Of a stretch of 64,000 nucleotides of DNA, positions 48,801 through 60,300 are shown in pieces (positions within the stretch are counted from its first letter, which is position 1; each line of letters starts with the position of its first letter). The position numbers and the translations under genes are program-made. The DNA is taken from IMG/VR virus record IMGVR_UViG_3300003690_003399, positions 1 to 64,000 of that record, one strand, 5' to 3'. A model generated the notes under the pieces. It saw only the letters and a program-made list of their open reading frames with translations, was not told where the DNA came from and did no database searches. Source of the DNA: a virus.

Positions 48801-51800
48801 TTTTAGACAAAGATAAATTAATGGACATGATGCCGCCTCTATTTTGTGGCCCTTGTAATCCACGAAAAGTTGGCCAAAAGCCCCTAATAGAAAATCAGAT
48901 TCCTGGGCCTCTTTTAGACACATTCGATGAATTGAACAAAGATACGCTTAATACAATTAACAACATGTTTAATAACACGGTTGATTCTTATAAGCCAATT
49001 TTGCTCGGTCAAACAGATGCCCATTCCGACATGATTGATGCCATTGTCCAAGCAGCAGACGACGCTATGCAGGTAAAAGAGAAGGACAAAGACGGGAAGT
49101 TGGTTTATGATGAAGATGGCAAAACAATACCTACCGGTGTATATTACAAAGGCCCCGCCGCGTTCGGCGCATCCGGCAACGCCCAACAAGAGTTAATGGA
49201 AAGTCTCGCTACGTACGCTCAAGACAATGTCAAGGACGCCGATAAAATCATTTCAAAAAATTTGTTAACCGCACTAGAAACAGCGACCACTACAGACTTT
49301 GTTGCATATGAATATGGCGCCTTTAAAGTTTTCGTGTATACGGTGCCACCAGTTGAAGGAAAAAGCCCCGCAAAAACAATATATTTATTATTTAACAAAA
49401 CGGATAGCTCGAAATCGTATCAAAATCGTATGGTGGGCCCGGGCCAAATAAAAATTGTTGTACAAGAAACGGGCTCAGATGTTCCACTATATGAATGGCC
49501 ACCACCCAACAACAATATTGATTTTATGATTGGGGGGGGATCTTCCACTGGTACTGAAATTACTCAAGGGCTCGAAAAGATGGGGCTCGGTCTTGATTTC
49601 GCTGACGTCAGCACTTATGATGGTTATTTTATTAATATTATCCAACTATTGCTTGAAACTATTTTTCTTGAAGGGACCAAACATGATATGTTTAATGGGG
49701 TTGTTTTTAATAAAATACCGTTAACTGATTTAGAGGCATTACAATCTTGTAACTCCGACGTGGGACGTACACCTCTTTTAAATATCGAACAAATTCTTAG
49801 CGACCTGAGAGATACACAAAAAGCTTTAGAATGTGTGGTAAGCAGGTTTGATACGCCCAGCGCGTTTGAAATAACAGCCGTGTATGGGGTATGCAAAGCC
49901 TTATTTAAGAGCTGTATAGTAGAAGAATATTTAAAAAATATATTTATTTTTGGTTTTTTAAGAATTGAAGATATTATGCAATCCAGCGCTTACATGAAAC
50001 TGTTATTAGACAACGTAGTTAATTCTTTGCAATCAGCAGTTGGTGCCGATAGCTATGAAGATGTTTTAGATTATTCATCAAAAATTATTAATGGACGCAT
50101 GCAACTGGGGGAAACTTTCCCCAACCCCCCCGGCTCTTCAGCCGAAGAGTCGCCGGCTAGCGGTCCGCTAGGAGAAATGCAGGTATTGAGATCTTCCGAG
50201 GATTGTTTAAAGATTTTAATTTTGGAAAGCGCGACCGAAATCAGTGATATTCTCGATAATCGAATACAATCAGTTGTCGACCCATCCTGGCAGAAAAAAT
50301 TTAACAAATTTGGCGACGCAGACGGCGCCGCAGCAGAGATAAAGGACACTCTCTCAGAGCGGCTTTTAAATTATGTGGCATCTTCATCGCCAGAATATTG
50401 GTCTCCAAATATATTTCCTTTCGATTATGGAAATGAAGTTAGTCCTTTTGGCAATCTTTGTCCAATGCGTATTGCCCGCGCGTGGGAAAATAATTCGAAG
50501 GCATCGATTCCATGGCCTCTTCAATTTGGTGTTGGCGGCACCAGCGCCGGGGAAAAAGATTCAAGCGAAAGATTCACTAACATGGAGGACTTTTTTAACA
50601 ACACGGGCTGGCCGAACAGAGGCGCCGAAAATGATGAGCCATGGTCAGGAGGCTTCTTTTTTCAACCATATGTAAAGATTATTCCACGAGTATTTGCGTA
50701 CGCTGGGCAGCAGTACCACACGTTGGGTGATGTCGTCATGTCAGACTTAGCAGACAATCTCCAAGTTTTTTGGGAGACTTTTAAAGAATCTTATAAATAC
50801 TACGCGCCTGACGTCATCAATGAAAACAAGCCGCAAATCTCCGGTAATGCGCCCAAAAATGAATTAATTGATCTTATAATAAAACAAGTTGAATACGAGG
50901 CGACTCCGGACGGATTGTTCGAGACTGTCGAAGGAACCGACGGCAAACCCACGTCTTGGGTCATCGGCGGCACCCTCGAAAAGTTTTTTAAGCTTTTCTT
51001 TTCGCCGTACGATAATGTCTCAGAAAGCATAGATTCACAGAAATATAGTAGATCTCTTTTTATGAGATTGGTTTCTTCTTTTGTGCCCAGCAAAGTAGAT
51101 AATACTTTTACCGACTGGAAAGAAGGGTATTACTATTGGGAAGACCATCCAAGCGGTGCTGGAAACGCACAAAAATGGAATTGGATTAACAGGGGTACCA
51201 CATCAGTCAATCTTGCCTCTGGAGAGCCTTTGGGGATGAAAAATTCACAATTAATGGAAGGACGAGATGGAAGTACAATCAGTATGTTTGGCTTTGCTAA
51301 AGAATTGAAAGCCCCAGATGCTCCTAATTTTTATGATAAACTAATTGCATTTGCTACCGAGATGGGTAGTGGAGAATTCGGTGGAGAAGATGAGGTTATA
51401 GCCGATGGCGATGGCGGAACGACCATAGTTCCTTACGCATATGAAACAGAAAAAAACTTTTGGTATGAAATCAGAGATATAATTTTTGATAGTCCATCTC
51501 ATTATTGGTTTGATTTTAAAATAGGCATGCGCTTAAATCTGATAGTTAAAATTAATAATTTAGACTCAGAAGTAAATACTATTGATTCAGTTACATCGGC
51601 GATGGATAACTTTAATTTAAAAAAATATAATGAAGAAAAAGTCTTTATATGGCAAAAAACTGCGGATGAAGCATATTATTGCTTCCCTCTTGAAAGCGAA
51701 GAACAAGAGGCACGGGACATGTTTAGTGGGCTAGTAAATAACTGGCATTGGACATCGAAGTTGGCACCTGCGAAAGTAATATCCCATCCCTCACAAGCGC

Positions 51801-53230
51801 CTTGCTTGTGGGCTATCAGCCGTGCGATAAACCAAAGACTAGACCATGACAACCAAAGCCAAACTTTAGAAAATTTAAAATTAAAATTATTAAAAAAACT
51901 AAAAACGTCAGAATTGCTAACTAAGGCATTTTCTTTTAAAGACTTGGCAGTTCTAGTCGCCATAATATATCGACACTACATGCAATCAGCATATCCGTCT
52001 ATTGATAGATTGTTTATACCCCTAAAGAACACCATTAATAGATATATAGCAGCCACAACTGCAGCAATTAATGGCGATTATCAATATGCCGACCCACTAG
52101 CCGAAGAAACGAACCCTCTCGCCGAACTTCAGGCCGCCGTACCTGATTTTAATGAATTAAAGAAAAAGTTTACAATAATGTGTATTCAAATGGCTGCTAA
52201 TATTGTTGACCCCACTTGGGTAACTCAATGGTTTCTGCCCGGGCCCATTACGCCGATTGGTATAATTGCTAAGACCTTATCTACCAAGTGGACAGAAGAC
52301 AAAGAAGGCCCCGAAGATATTACGACAGAGCTTTGCCCACCCCCCGATTGGGACACTGTGTCTAAGGAATCTGAAGAATATAAAACAGAGCTGCAGGCCA
52401 AGGAAGCTGAAGAGTTTTTCTCTAGTGATGACGCTGTTGAAGGTACCACACTTGAAGCGTGGATAACTATGCTTGAACATACTCAGGATCCCCTTGTGAA
52501 TGAGGAAAGATGGAACAGTGTATTAACTAAATGGACTTTCAATATTCGTTATGCGCTTGGCCAAGCACCCCTCCTCGGGCCATCGCTGTCCGAATCGATG
52601 ATCTCTCACGATATGAATGGATTAACCTTAAAGATTGACTTCAAACATGAGTTATCCCCCCTCTCGGAAATACACACATATGAAGCTGCCCTTGACACAA
52701 GTTTAAATTCATACGAGTCTTCCATCACCCGTATTGGTGTAAAAGATATAGTCGACAATTGCATCGATGGGGCCACAGGGTGTCAGGCACAAATCGGCTC
52801 AGATATACTCTTAGGCCAGGCTATAGTACAAAGTATCCAGGCCTTTATAAATAGCATCGAGTGGCCACCCATCCTTGCACCGCTAGTAACAACTACTTGG
52901 GGCCTCTCGGAGATTGCGCAAGCGGTGGGCGGCGCGGGTAATGTCCATGACGTCTACGGCACTGCTGTTTACATGCAAGGTTTAATTATAAAGCCTCCAT
53001 ATGGAACACTTATTACTACCACCGAAGGACGTCAGCGGCTGACCTACGGCTACCACAATCACGTTTGGACCCCACAGGATATCGTCGCGACGCCTCCGCC
53101 CGATGAGAGTGGGTACCTTAAGTGGGAGTGTGTACCCTGGGACCACAATATAACATCTTGTGATGACCTTTGGTTTATTAATTTCACTAACATGAAATAC
53201 CTTAAAAACAAACCCGTCGGAGTACCTTAA
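45863..53230 (+). CDS. 2455-aa virion-module protein of unknown function
   Basis: Uninterrupted ORF within the baseplate operon. Confidence 0.6.
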   Translation: MAEQPNIDNFLDEELEKLYERLKEFPEMGWWPTDPPLKEDWIAEKKEAFDSLAVETPPVSAWKFIVDLYDQYGVAPASTIIDENQYETIASQFSLKNRWYQNTTTHLSKDRKYYIVPIVYERLINNPGLKPFISTTTGKLNITELLENITLSSYVFLKAAKRWALEKAASDLAKAISLDHQEKAETMGFFPKNSQGIDGTEPIAAEAWYIDPRPPEYQNLFLKAMFPRDWIDSLPNKIEPCPVGGATRTVILHTDTLKKDLAHLREILRHFNYQIQNTPVHIDFDGICFAQKVSKIFELLNNVLTLNEKTNLNISLTGGALQLGFTENMQLKYIAHSEIPDCLCDEKNINAYTLKKGVHKLKTTPPFDSPTVNGLLFYLPEIIRKYAPYLKGNKRMYLFAAQESWLHFIKSYIFPKPEITYDTSETEGEFFVKKITAIGDLTKSIGSVTKNILYTRDPTVLMAPDIRQRILGAVSQEMIYGGDKVMLDALTSEILSMTALYDNLLNKVPITELIKLALSALVKCVSDDDLKKKMCDSILRAMPGSEIKTKVIPCLRASGADDAIAHMESLMLTRRSLVYRQAQARAPEKFTKTVADAMKSELDMAAVNELYCSDPEFQDILGRPADDFSEEMLLAREQDKDDAICECILSVYGPVEQIFGFIEEAKDTGGDILDILVSNRAQAIQQSRSDVIDRILRVFRTSDQRTLSGMATSIMTALVESYVAVVLAAMLIVLQHVKSTVLGGLATDICAAPANPFSEKNFSKMVMNSTLYKDNDFNKLRKNFNKLKTLAGLSGDINAIITACDELGRQFTPTEFKRIFTTPCSDNSADDLYKQIHFPGITYDPKKTGDAPFGSSLEYIQEIYYGSATATAEAALALDEGESLDGIVTSFCDMDNEGGRGGLPIDAKHTLLYSFGSQVDDSFYDEIINDHEDLKAELANFCDPESIEIFSKTLGSSDIAAHAQKGKEDILEDIVSILPLLDKDKLMDMMPPLFCGPCNPRKVGQKPLIENQIPGPLLDTFDELNKDTLNTINNMFNNTVDSYKPILLGQTDAHSDMIDAIVQAADDAMQVKEKDKDGKLVYDEDGKTIPTGVYYKGPAAFGASGNAQQELMESLATYAQDNVKDADKIISKNLLTALETATTTDFVAYEYGAFKVFVYTVPPVEGKSPAKTIYLLFNKTDSSKSYQNRMVGPGQIKIVVQETGSDVPLYEWPPPNNNIDFMIGGGSSTGTEITQGLEKMGLGLDFADVSTYDGYFINIIQLLLETIFLEGTKHDMFNGVVFNKIPLTDLEALQSCNSDVGRTPLLNIEQILSDLRDTQKALECVVSRFDTPSAFEITAVYGVCKALFKSCIVEEYLKNIFIFGFLRIEDIMQSSAYMKLLLDNVVNSLQSAVGADSYEDVLDYSSKIINGRMQLGETFPNPPGSSAEESPASGPLGEMQVLRSSEDCLKILILESATEISDILDNRIQSVVDPSWQKKFNKFGDADGAAAEIKDTLSERLLNYVASSSPEYWSPNIFPFDYGNEVSPFGNLCPMRIARAWENNSKASIPWPLQFGVGGTSAGEKDSSERFTNMEDFFNNTGWPNRGAENDEPWSGGFFFQPYVKIIPRVFAYAGQQYHTLGDVVMSDLADNLQVFWETFKESYKYYAPDVINENKPQISGNAPKNELIDLIIKQVEYEATPDGLFETVEGTDGKPTSWVIGGTLEKFFKLFFSPYDNVSESIDSQKYSRSLFMRLVSSFVPSKVDNTFTDWKEGYYYWEDHPSGAGNAQKWNWINRGTTSVNLASGEPLGMKNSQLMEGRDGSTISMFGFAKELKAPDAPNFYDKLIAFATEMGSGEFGGEDEVIADGDGGTTIVPYAYETEKNFWYEIRDIIFDSPSHYWFDFKIGMRLNLIVKINNLDSEVNTIDSVTSAMDNFNLKKYNEEKVFIWQKTADEAYYCFPLESEEQEARDMFSGLVNNWHWTSKLAPAKVISHPSQAPCLWAISRAINQRLDHDNQSQTLENLKLKLLKKLKTSELLTKAFSFKDLAVLVAIIYRHYMQSAYPSIDRLFIPLKNTINRYIAATTAAINGDYQYADPLAEETNPLAELQAAVPDFNELKKKFTIMCIQMAANIVDPTWVTQWFLPGPITPIGIIAKTLSTKWTEDKEGPEDITTELCPPPDWDTVSKESEEYKTELQAKEAEEFFSSDDAVEGTTLEAWITMLEHTQDPLVNEERWNSVLTKWTFNIRYALGQAPLLGPSLSESMISHDMNGLTLKIDFKHELSPLSEIHTYEAALDTSLNSYESSITRIGVKDIVDNCIDGATGCQAQIGSDILLGQAIVQSIQAFINSIEWPPILAPLVTTTWGLSEIAQAVGGAGNVHDVYGTAVYMQGLIIKPPYGTLITTTEGRQRLTYGYHNHVWTPQDIVATPPPDESGYLKWECVPWDHNITSCDDLWFINFTNMKYLKNKPVGVP

Positions 53231-53280
53231 TAAGCACTTAGAGATTAATATAAAAGCTTAAGAGGAATAATTGTTTTAAT

Positions 53281-53289
53281 TTCTAATTA
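53281..53289 (+). promoter_or_regulatory. Candidate late-promoter variant TTCTAATTA
   Basis: Intergenic, 18 nt before the gp25-like ATG. Confidence 0.35.
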
Positions 53290-53307
53290 TTAAAAAGGAA
53301 TAAAAAT

Positions 53308-53718
53308 ATGGCAGTTGGCTTTTCTCCCAGTTTACCCTTACGATATGATTCTATTGATGGTTTTTATAAATTAAATAAAACTTTGGGCGATGTCGCAAAA
53401 CAAAATTTAAAGACAGTTGTACTCACCGCCCCTGGCGAGAGAATAATGCATCCGGATTTTGGCGTGGGCGCCCGTAATTACTTATTTGACCAAACCGAAG
53501 GCACATACCAAGACCTTAGTACAAAAATAATTGAACAGGTCCGGAAGTATGTTCCTTTTATTAAAATTATTAATATTGCTATAGTGGATGTAAATTTAGA
53601 TGAGACTCGGAAGTACGATTATAAAGACACTCAATATTTAGGTATCGAAATTATATATTATATTCCAAATTTAAATTTAAACGAAACTTTAAAAATAATT
53701 GTTTCTAGCATCAGCTAA
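53308..53718 (+). CDS. Baseplate wedge protein, gp25-like
   Basis: QNLK.VVLT.PGERIMHPDFGVG...YLF. Confidence 0.9.
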   Translation: MAVGFSPSLPLRYDSIDGFYKLNKTLGDVAKQNLKTVVLTAPGERIMHPDFGVGARNYLFDQTEGTYQDLSTKIIEQVRKYVPFIKIINIAIVDVNLDETRKYDYKDTQYLGIEIIYYIPNLNLNETLKIIVSSIS

Positions 53719-53738
53719 CCAAGAAGGAAAAACTAAAG

Positions 53739-55529
53739 ATGCCAAAAATGAAACCATCCATAAATTACACTAGTCGAGATTTCGAATCCATTAGGGCAGA
53801 TTTAGAAGCTTACACAAAAAGATACTACCCTGACAATTTTAAAGACTTTACAGAAGCTTCTTTTGGTTCCTTAATGTTGGACACCGTTGCGTACGTTGGA
53901 GACATGTTATCTTTTTACACAGATTATCAAGCTAATGAATCATTTTTAGATACAGCAATGGAATTTAATAATATCTTAAAATTAAGCAGCGAATTAGGTT
54001 ATAAATATAAACCTTATCCATCTTCATTTGGTATCTGTAATTTTTATATAACTGTACCGGCGCAATCTAATTATCCAGCACCAGATAACACCTATAAGCC
54101 GATATTAAAGAAAGGCTCGACTTTCTTTTCTACAGCGAATACAATTTTTACTTTATTAGAAGATGTGGATTTTTCAAAAAGTACCTATCCCATTGTAGTG
54201 GCCGACCAAAATTCAAATACAGGCGCACCTCTTTCATATGCGATACGAGCGGCAGGACAAGTAGTATCGGGCGAGCTGGCAATTCAAGAAATTTCAATTG
54301 GAGAGTTCCAAAAATTCTTAAGAATTAGATTAGATGGCCAAAATATCAGTGAAATAATTTCTATTTTTGACGATAATGGAAATCAATATTATGAAGTAGA
54401 TTATCTCACACAAAACATTTTGCAGGTTCCTGTTTTGAACAAAGGGGATAATTCAAATACAGTCCCTTATATATTAAAACCTGTCTCAGTTTCCAGGCGC
54501 TTTGTGGTCGAGAGCACACCAACAGGTGTGTTTTTGCAATTTGGGTATGGCAGTGAAGAAACACCTGTTTCTTTACAAGATCCTTCAGAGGTCATCCTCC
54601 AGTTGCATGGAAAAGACTATACCACCGCTACTTCATTTGATCCATCGATATTAAATGAAACTGACAAACTTGGAGTAGTACCGGCTAATACTATTTTAAC
54701 GATAATTTATAGAATTAACACAAATGAAAATACAAATGCCGCAGCCAATACTGTAACAAGAGTCGGTACCGCCAATTTCCAATTTAATGCCCCCGAAAGT
54801 TTAAATCAGGGTAAGAGAAATAGTGTTACAAATAGTTTGGCTACTTTAAACGAAGAGCCGATTATTGGTAACGTGACCATAGCCACTGCGGACGAAATCA
54901 AACAAAGAGCCAGAGGGAACTTCGCGGCTCAATATCGAGCGGTCACAAAAGAAGACTATATTAGTCTTGCTTATAATATGCCTTCAAAATTTGGAAAATT
55001 TAAGAGAGTAACAATAGAATTAGATTCCGACTCGTATAATCAGAGAAATCTAAATTTGTATACTATTTCGGAAAACACAGATGGAACTTTGATTAAAAGC
55101 AATGGCACTCTTAAAAATAATTTGAAAACATGGATAACTCAGTATAAGATGATTAATGACACAATGGACATATTAGATGCCAAGATTGCTAATATAGGAA
55201 TTGAGTTTAAAGCCCTAGCTTTCCCCGGGGTCAACAAGTATGATCTTTTAAACGAGGCAGTTACAACTTTACAAGTTGCCTTCGATCAAACATTTTATAT
55301 TGGAGAACCATTTTTAATTACTGATGTATACCAAAATTTAAAATCGATTCCAAACTTAATGGACGTAATCGACGTCAATATTATAATTAAAAGCGGCGCC
55401 GCGTACGCGGATTCTCCAATTAGCATCGAAGAGTCATTGTCGGCAGATGGAAGATATGTTATTCCACCAATGGACACAATCTTTGAAATCAAATTTCCAA
55501 ATTCAGATATAATGGGGACAATACTCTAA
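53739..55529 (+). CDS. Baseplate wedge protein, gp6-like
   Basis: INYTSRDFESI, D.LSFY.D....ESFLDTA, LQFG.G, RAVTKEDY. Confidence 0.88.
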   Translation: MPKMKPSINYTSRDFESIRADLEAYTKRYYPDNFKDFTEASFGSLMLDTVAYVGDMLSFYTDYQANESFLDTAMEFNNILKLSSELGYKYKPYPSSFGICNFYITVPAQSNYPAPDNTYKPILKKGSTFFSTANTIFTLLEDVDFSKSTYPIVVADQNSNTGAPLSYAIRAAGQVVSGELAIQEISIGEFQKFLRIRLDGQNISEIISIFDDNGNQYYEVDYLTQNILQVPVLNKGDNSNTVPYILKPVSVSRRFVVESTPTGVFLQFGYGSEETPVSLQDPSEVILQLHGKDYTTATSFDPSILNETDKLGVVPANTILTIIYRINTNENTNAAANTVTRVGTANFQFNAPESLNQGKRNSVTNSLATLNEEPIIGNVTIATADEIKQRARGNFAAQYRAVTKEDYISLAYNMPSKFGKFKRVTIELDSDSYNQRNLNLYTISENTDGTLIKSNGTLKNNLKTWITQYKMINDTMDILDAKIANIGIEFKALAFPGVNKYDLLNEAVTTLQVAFDQTFYIGEPFLITDVYQNLKSIPNLMDVIDVNIIIKSGAAYADSPISIEESLSADGRYVIPPMDTIFEIKFPNSDIMGTIL

Positions 55530-57328
55530 TGGCTATTAAAAGATATACAGCGGATGCAGACACAACAATAACAAACGCCTTCAAATCAAACTTGTCTACT
55601 CGCGGTGTGAGTGGAAATATGGGCCAATCAGATATTCTTGAAGTCTTTTCGATTTACGCGCAAGCTTCAACAGCATCGTCGGAGCTAGAAAGAGTTTTAA
55701 TAAAGTTTCCCGCTAGCGGCACAGCCGCTGGCTATATTTCTTATGATCGATCACAGGGGGACATACCAGCCTCCGGGAGTGTTTCATTCTATTTAAGAAT
55801 GTTCGATGCACCTCATTCGCAAACTACCCCTAAAGATTTCAATTTAATTATTTCTGCTGTTTCTCAGTCTTGGCAAGAAGGGCTCGGTCTCGATATGGAA
55901 GAATATTCCGACGAAGACGAGGCCAATTGGCTCTATGCAACCGACACCAAAATTCAAGCTAGTGCCTCGATTACAGTAAGGGCAAATACTGCCGCAAACA
56001 CAATTACTTTTACTGGCTCAAACTCGAATTATTTATTTACATCTATTGATGATGCAACGCCAGCCCCAAATTATTTTCATATTGGTGCGAACACCAGCGC
56101 ATGCGCTACAAATATAAAAACAATAATCGATGCATCTGCAAGCGCTGACTTTAGCGCATCTGTGGATTCTGCAGTTGTCACTATATACGCATTTACCGCT
56201 GGGACATCTGGAAATTCAGATTCTCTATCTTCAAGTTTAGCTAGCGTTTTTGATGTAACCGGAAGTGATAGTGTTGCCAACAGCGGTCTAAGTGGAACTT
56301 TTGCAGGGGGAGCCAACTTTACTTCATGGATAGCGGAAGGAGGCGATTATTTAACAGACGCTTCTTCTTCTTTTACTGCATCTTTTGACACAGGGTTTGA
56401 AGATGTAGAATTAGATATTACTCCACTGGTTGAACAATGGATTAATAGCGCAGGCAATGAAGCAGTCTTAGGTGCTAGAGGGTCACAATTTTTCTTTAGG
56501 CGCCCCTACATAGAAGCGCGTTGGGATTCTTCCACTCAAGACAATCGAGGAAGTTTTTATTATAGTAGTTCATTGGCACCCGCAGCAGACAATTTAAACA
56601 CTATTTATCTATATAATTATGTACGCGGGCAATTGAAAAACATCCCAGATATTGGAACAGGCAATATTTATATTAGGGCCTATTCTGGTTCGGCTGCTAA
56701 TTCTGCCCCCTCGGGATCCAAATTACAATTAAGTATTGGCGGGGGTGTGATATCAACTGATCTTTATAATATCACTGGAGGATATGTATCTCCCGGCGTC
56801 TACTCTGCATCCTTTGCGTTCACAGGATCCACCTCTTTAACACGAATATTCGATGTGTGGCATAGCGGGAGTACACAATATTTTACCGGGACCATCAATC
56901 CAGCTAGCTTAACTCAAGTTTGGCCAGGCCAAGCATATAATCCAAATCAACAATACGTGTCTAGTATCACAAACTTAAAACCCTCGTATTCAAATCAAAA
57001 TACAACTGCTAGATTCCGGTTATACACAAGAAAGAAAAATTGGAACCCAAACATTTATAGTGTGGCATCCGTAGCGGCACCCCTTGATTTGGTAGAGAGT
57101 GCTTATTATAGGATATACCGCGTAACTGATGACCTAAATATTATTTCTTATGGCACTGGTAGTGATAATAATACTAAACTATCTTATGATGATAGCGGCA
57201 GTTATTTTGATTTAGACATGTCGTTACTTGAAGCAGATAACGCATATGGGATCAAGTTTGTATATTATCTAAACGGCCAGTATAATCAACAGCCAGAAAA
57301 ATTTATATTTAGAGTAGAAAAAGCATGA
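55529..57328 (+). CDS. Ser/Thr-rich baseplate/virion protein
   Basis: Coupled to gp6; beta-rich, many SGS/TGS/SAS triplets. Confidence 0.65.
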   Translation: MAIKRYTADADTTITNAFKSNLSTRGVSGNMGQSDILEVFSIYAQASTASSELERVLIKFPASGTAAGYISYDRSQGDIPASGSVSFYLRMFDAPHSQTTPKDFNLIISAVSQSWQEGLGLDMEEYSDEDEANWLYATDTKIQASASITVRANTAANTITFTGSNSNYLFTSIDDATPAPNYFHIGANTSACATNIKTIIDASASADFSASVDSAVVTIYAFTAGTSGNSDSLSSSLASVFDVTGSDSVANSGLSGTFAGGANFTSWIAEGGDYLTDASSSFTASFDTGFEDVELDITPLVEQWINSAGNEAVLGARGSQFFFRRPYIEARWDSSTQDNRGSFYYSSSLAPAADNLNTIYLYNYVRGQLKNIPDIGTGNIYIRAYSGSAANSAPSGSKLQLSIGGGVISTDLYNITGGYVSPGVYSASFAFTGSTSLTRIFDVWHSGSTQYFTGTINPASLTQVWPGQAYNPNQQYVSSITNLKPSYSNQNTTARFRLYTRKKNWNPNIYSVASVAAPLDLVESAYYRIYRVTDDLNIISYGTGSDNNTKLSYDDSGSYFDLDMSLLEADNAYGIKFVYYLNGQYNQQPEKFIFRVEKA

Positions 57329-60300
57329 GCACAGACTATAGTAAGATATTTGGTCAAAAAGATATTATTTTGACTAATACAGATAGAGACACGTTAGCAG
57401 CATCAGCAGAATCTGTCAACTACATGACAGAATATTTTAATAAAAAACAAAGATTTGTACCGCCAGTAAACTTTTCAAACCCAAAATATTTTGCTAGATT
57501 TGGGTCTGCTGAAAAGTATTATATTGATGCTATCGATAGAATCTATAAAACATATCCCTACGATGGCTCGCTAAAAGAGCGAGTACAGTGGGAACTTAGT
57601 TCTTCCTACCTGGATCTTCACGTTTTTGAAAATGGTTACCCTCGCACAAATGGGTATGTCTTATTTTCTGCTGAAGGGTGGGGAACTCAAGTTGCGACTT
57701 CAGATGGTTATGGTGCACCAGCCACTTCTTCTTATGAATATATCTTATCTAAAGGCGGCCCCAACACATCTTATCGTAGCCAGGGAAAAAACATCAGAGA
57801 TCAGACTGGAGACTATAAAGACGGGTATGCTAATGTTTGGGATGTCGACAAAAATAGAGAATCTAATCTAAAAATTGGCGGTATCGATGGCAATACAGTT
57901 GAATTTTGGTTAAAGAAAGGTGAGTTCTTAGGATCTTCTCTCACCAACCAAGAAGTCTTATTCGACCTTCATACGAGCGAGTTCATTTCATCTAGTTTGA
58001 ACTACGGGCGCCTAACAGTTGAGCTAACTGCATCCACTAGCGGAAGCCCATTCAGAGTCACTTATATGTCCGGGACCGCCGGCTTTTCTTACGAAACTAT
58101 CGGAAGCGGTATAGATACATCTTCTGTAGCAGACGACTCTTGGCACCACTATGCCTTTACTTTAAAAAACACAGAAAGCGCAGTAGAGGTTAACTTTTTT
58201 GTCGATGGCGCGTGTAACCACACAATTATTACTGGTTCTTCAATTAGTTATGTAAGTGGCAACATTAATGCAACACTCGGCGCCTTAGCAACAGCACCAT
58301 CGGGCACGTTTACCCCAACATTAGGGTGGGGTGGTCTATCTGGTTCTATGGATGAATTCAGATTTTGGAAATCCGAAAGAACTTCCCAACAAATAGGGCT
58401 CCAATATATTGAGCCAGTTGGCGGGGGCACCAATACTGACGACGCAAATACTACTCTTGGCGTTTATTATAAATTTAATGAAGGCATTACACTCACCGCT
58501 TCAATCGATAAAACCATTTTAGATTATTCCGGAAGAATTAGCAACGGCAACTTTGTAGGATACAATTCCTCAGCTAGAAATATTAATTCGGCCATGGTGC
58601 AATCTGGCAAAGTCGATAGAGAATTTAAAGATCCCATTTTGTATAACTTCCACCCAGAAGTGGTTTCGTATTATGGCACAAAAAAAGAGGAGGGGAGACA
58701 ATATGATTATTCTAATAATTCATCAATCTATTTTACATTACCAGCATGGATTTTAGAAGAAGATGAAATCAAAGAATACTCTCCATTAAGAAATTTTACA
58801 CAAGTGATCGGCAGCTATTTTGATTCACTTGCTAGCCAAATTGAAGCCATTTCCAAATTAAAGCATAAAAATTATTTAAGTTCAAGTTATAAATCATATC
58901 CTTTTTCTGACAGATTGTTGGAATCTGTTGGGTTTACTTATTTTCCAGAGTTGTTTTCTGACGCTACGGCACTAGAACAGTTTAGGAACAGAGACGATAA
59001 GAAGCTTTTTCAGCAAAAATTATATGATACAAAAAATCGTATTTATCAAAATATTTATAACAACATAGTTTACATTTACAAAACAAAAGGAACGGAAAAG
59101 TCTTTTAGAAATCTTATTCGTTGTTTTGGCTTTGATGATGAGATTTATAAAATTAATCTATATGGTAATCGGGTTACATACCAATTAAAAGATAACTACT
59201 CGTCTGTAGCAGAATCAAAAAATTATGTTAATTTTGCATTAACAGGCACACAAAAAGCAACAGTCCATTCATTCTCTTCGAGCGGCAATCCAAATTCTAC
59301 ATCATTTATTTCGAATGTCACCCCGAAAATGAACTACTTTGGTTTTACAATGGAAACAGAAGTTGCCTTTCCTAGGCGCTACAGTGTCGCAGATTCAAAC
59401 ATTACAGTACAATCGAATAAGGGAACAAGCAAAACTTTTAGAGCCTATGTACCTTTTAAGACAGCTTCTCTTTTCGGGATGCACCAAGTAAACGGAACTA
59501 CCGAGAATGATTTAACATGGGCAACCACTGATTCCGCAAATTTTCAAGTTTATGCTATCAGAGACGAAGACCATTCAAAAAGATGCCGGTTTAAACTAAC
59601 CGGCGTCGGAGCTACGGTCATACCAACATTGACGAGCAGCTATTTTGATGAAGTTTTTGATGATACTCGTTGGATCTTTTCCGTCTCAGTAAAGCCAAAG
59701 ATGTATCCACAAGCAGATTTACCATACTTGACCAGTGTTGCTGTCTCCACCGGCCCGGAACGTGGCTACACAGTAGAGTTTTATGGTGTGGAGAAGATAT
59801 TAGATACTATTAAAAATGAATTTTTATTAACCGGCTCGATTACTTATAGCGACGGCCTCGCGCTATTAAATAATGCAAAAAGTATTTATATCGGAGCCCA
59901 TCGTACCAACTTTTCTGGGTCCCTCCAAGAAAAATCTGATGGACACATTTCTTCTACGCGCGTTTGGCTAATGCCGCTCACTACGGGAACAATACAACAA
60001 CACGCACAAGATGCTAAAAATTACGGAGTACCAAGCCCATATAGAAGTGGATATTTATACCAAACTTCAATGACGGGTACCCGCGTCCCCGAAATACATA
60101 CATTAGTATTAAATTGGGTATTTGATACTTTAACTGGATCAGATTCTAGTGGAGAATTTGTCGGACAAGACTTCTCATCTGGCTCAACGAGTTTACAAAA
60201 TCGCTATAACTGGATTGGGAATATTGTTGGCAAACAATATTTGCCAAAAGGTATTAATTTTCCACCTTCATTTTCCAAAACTCTAAATAAAAAATATGTT

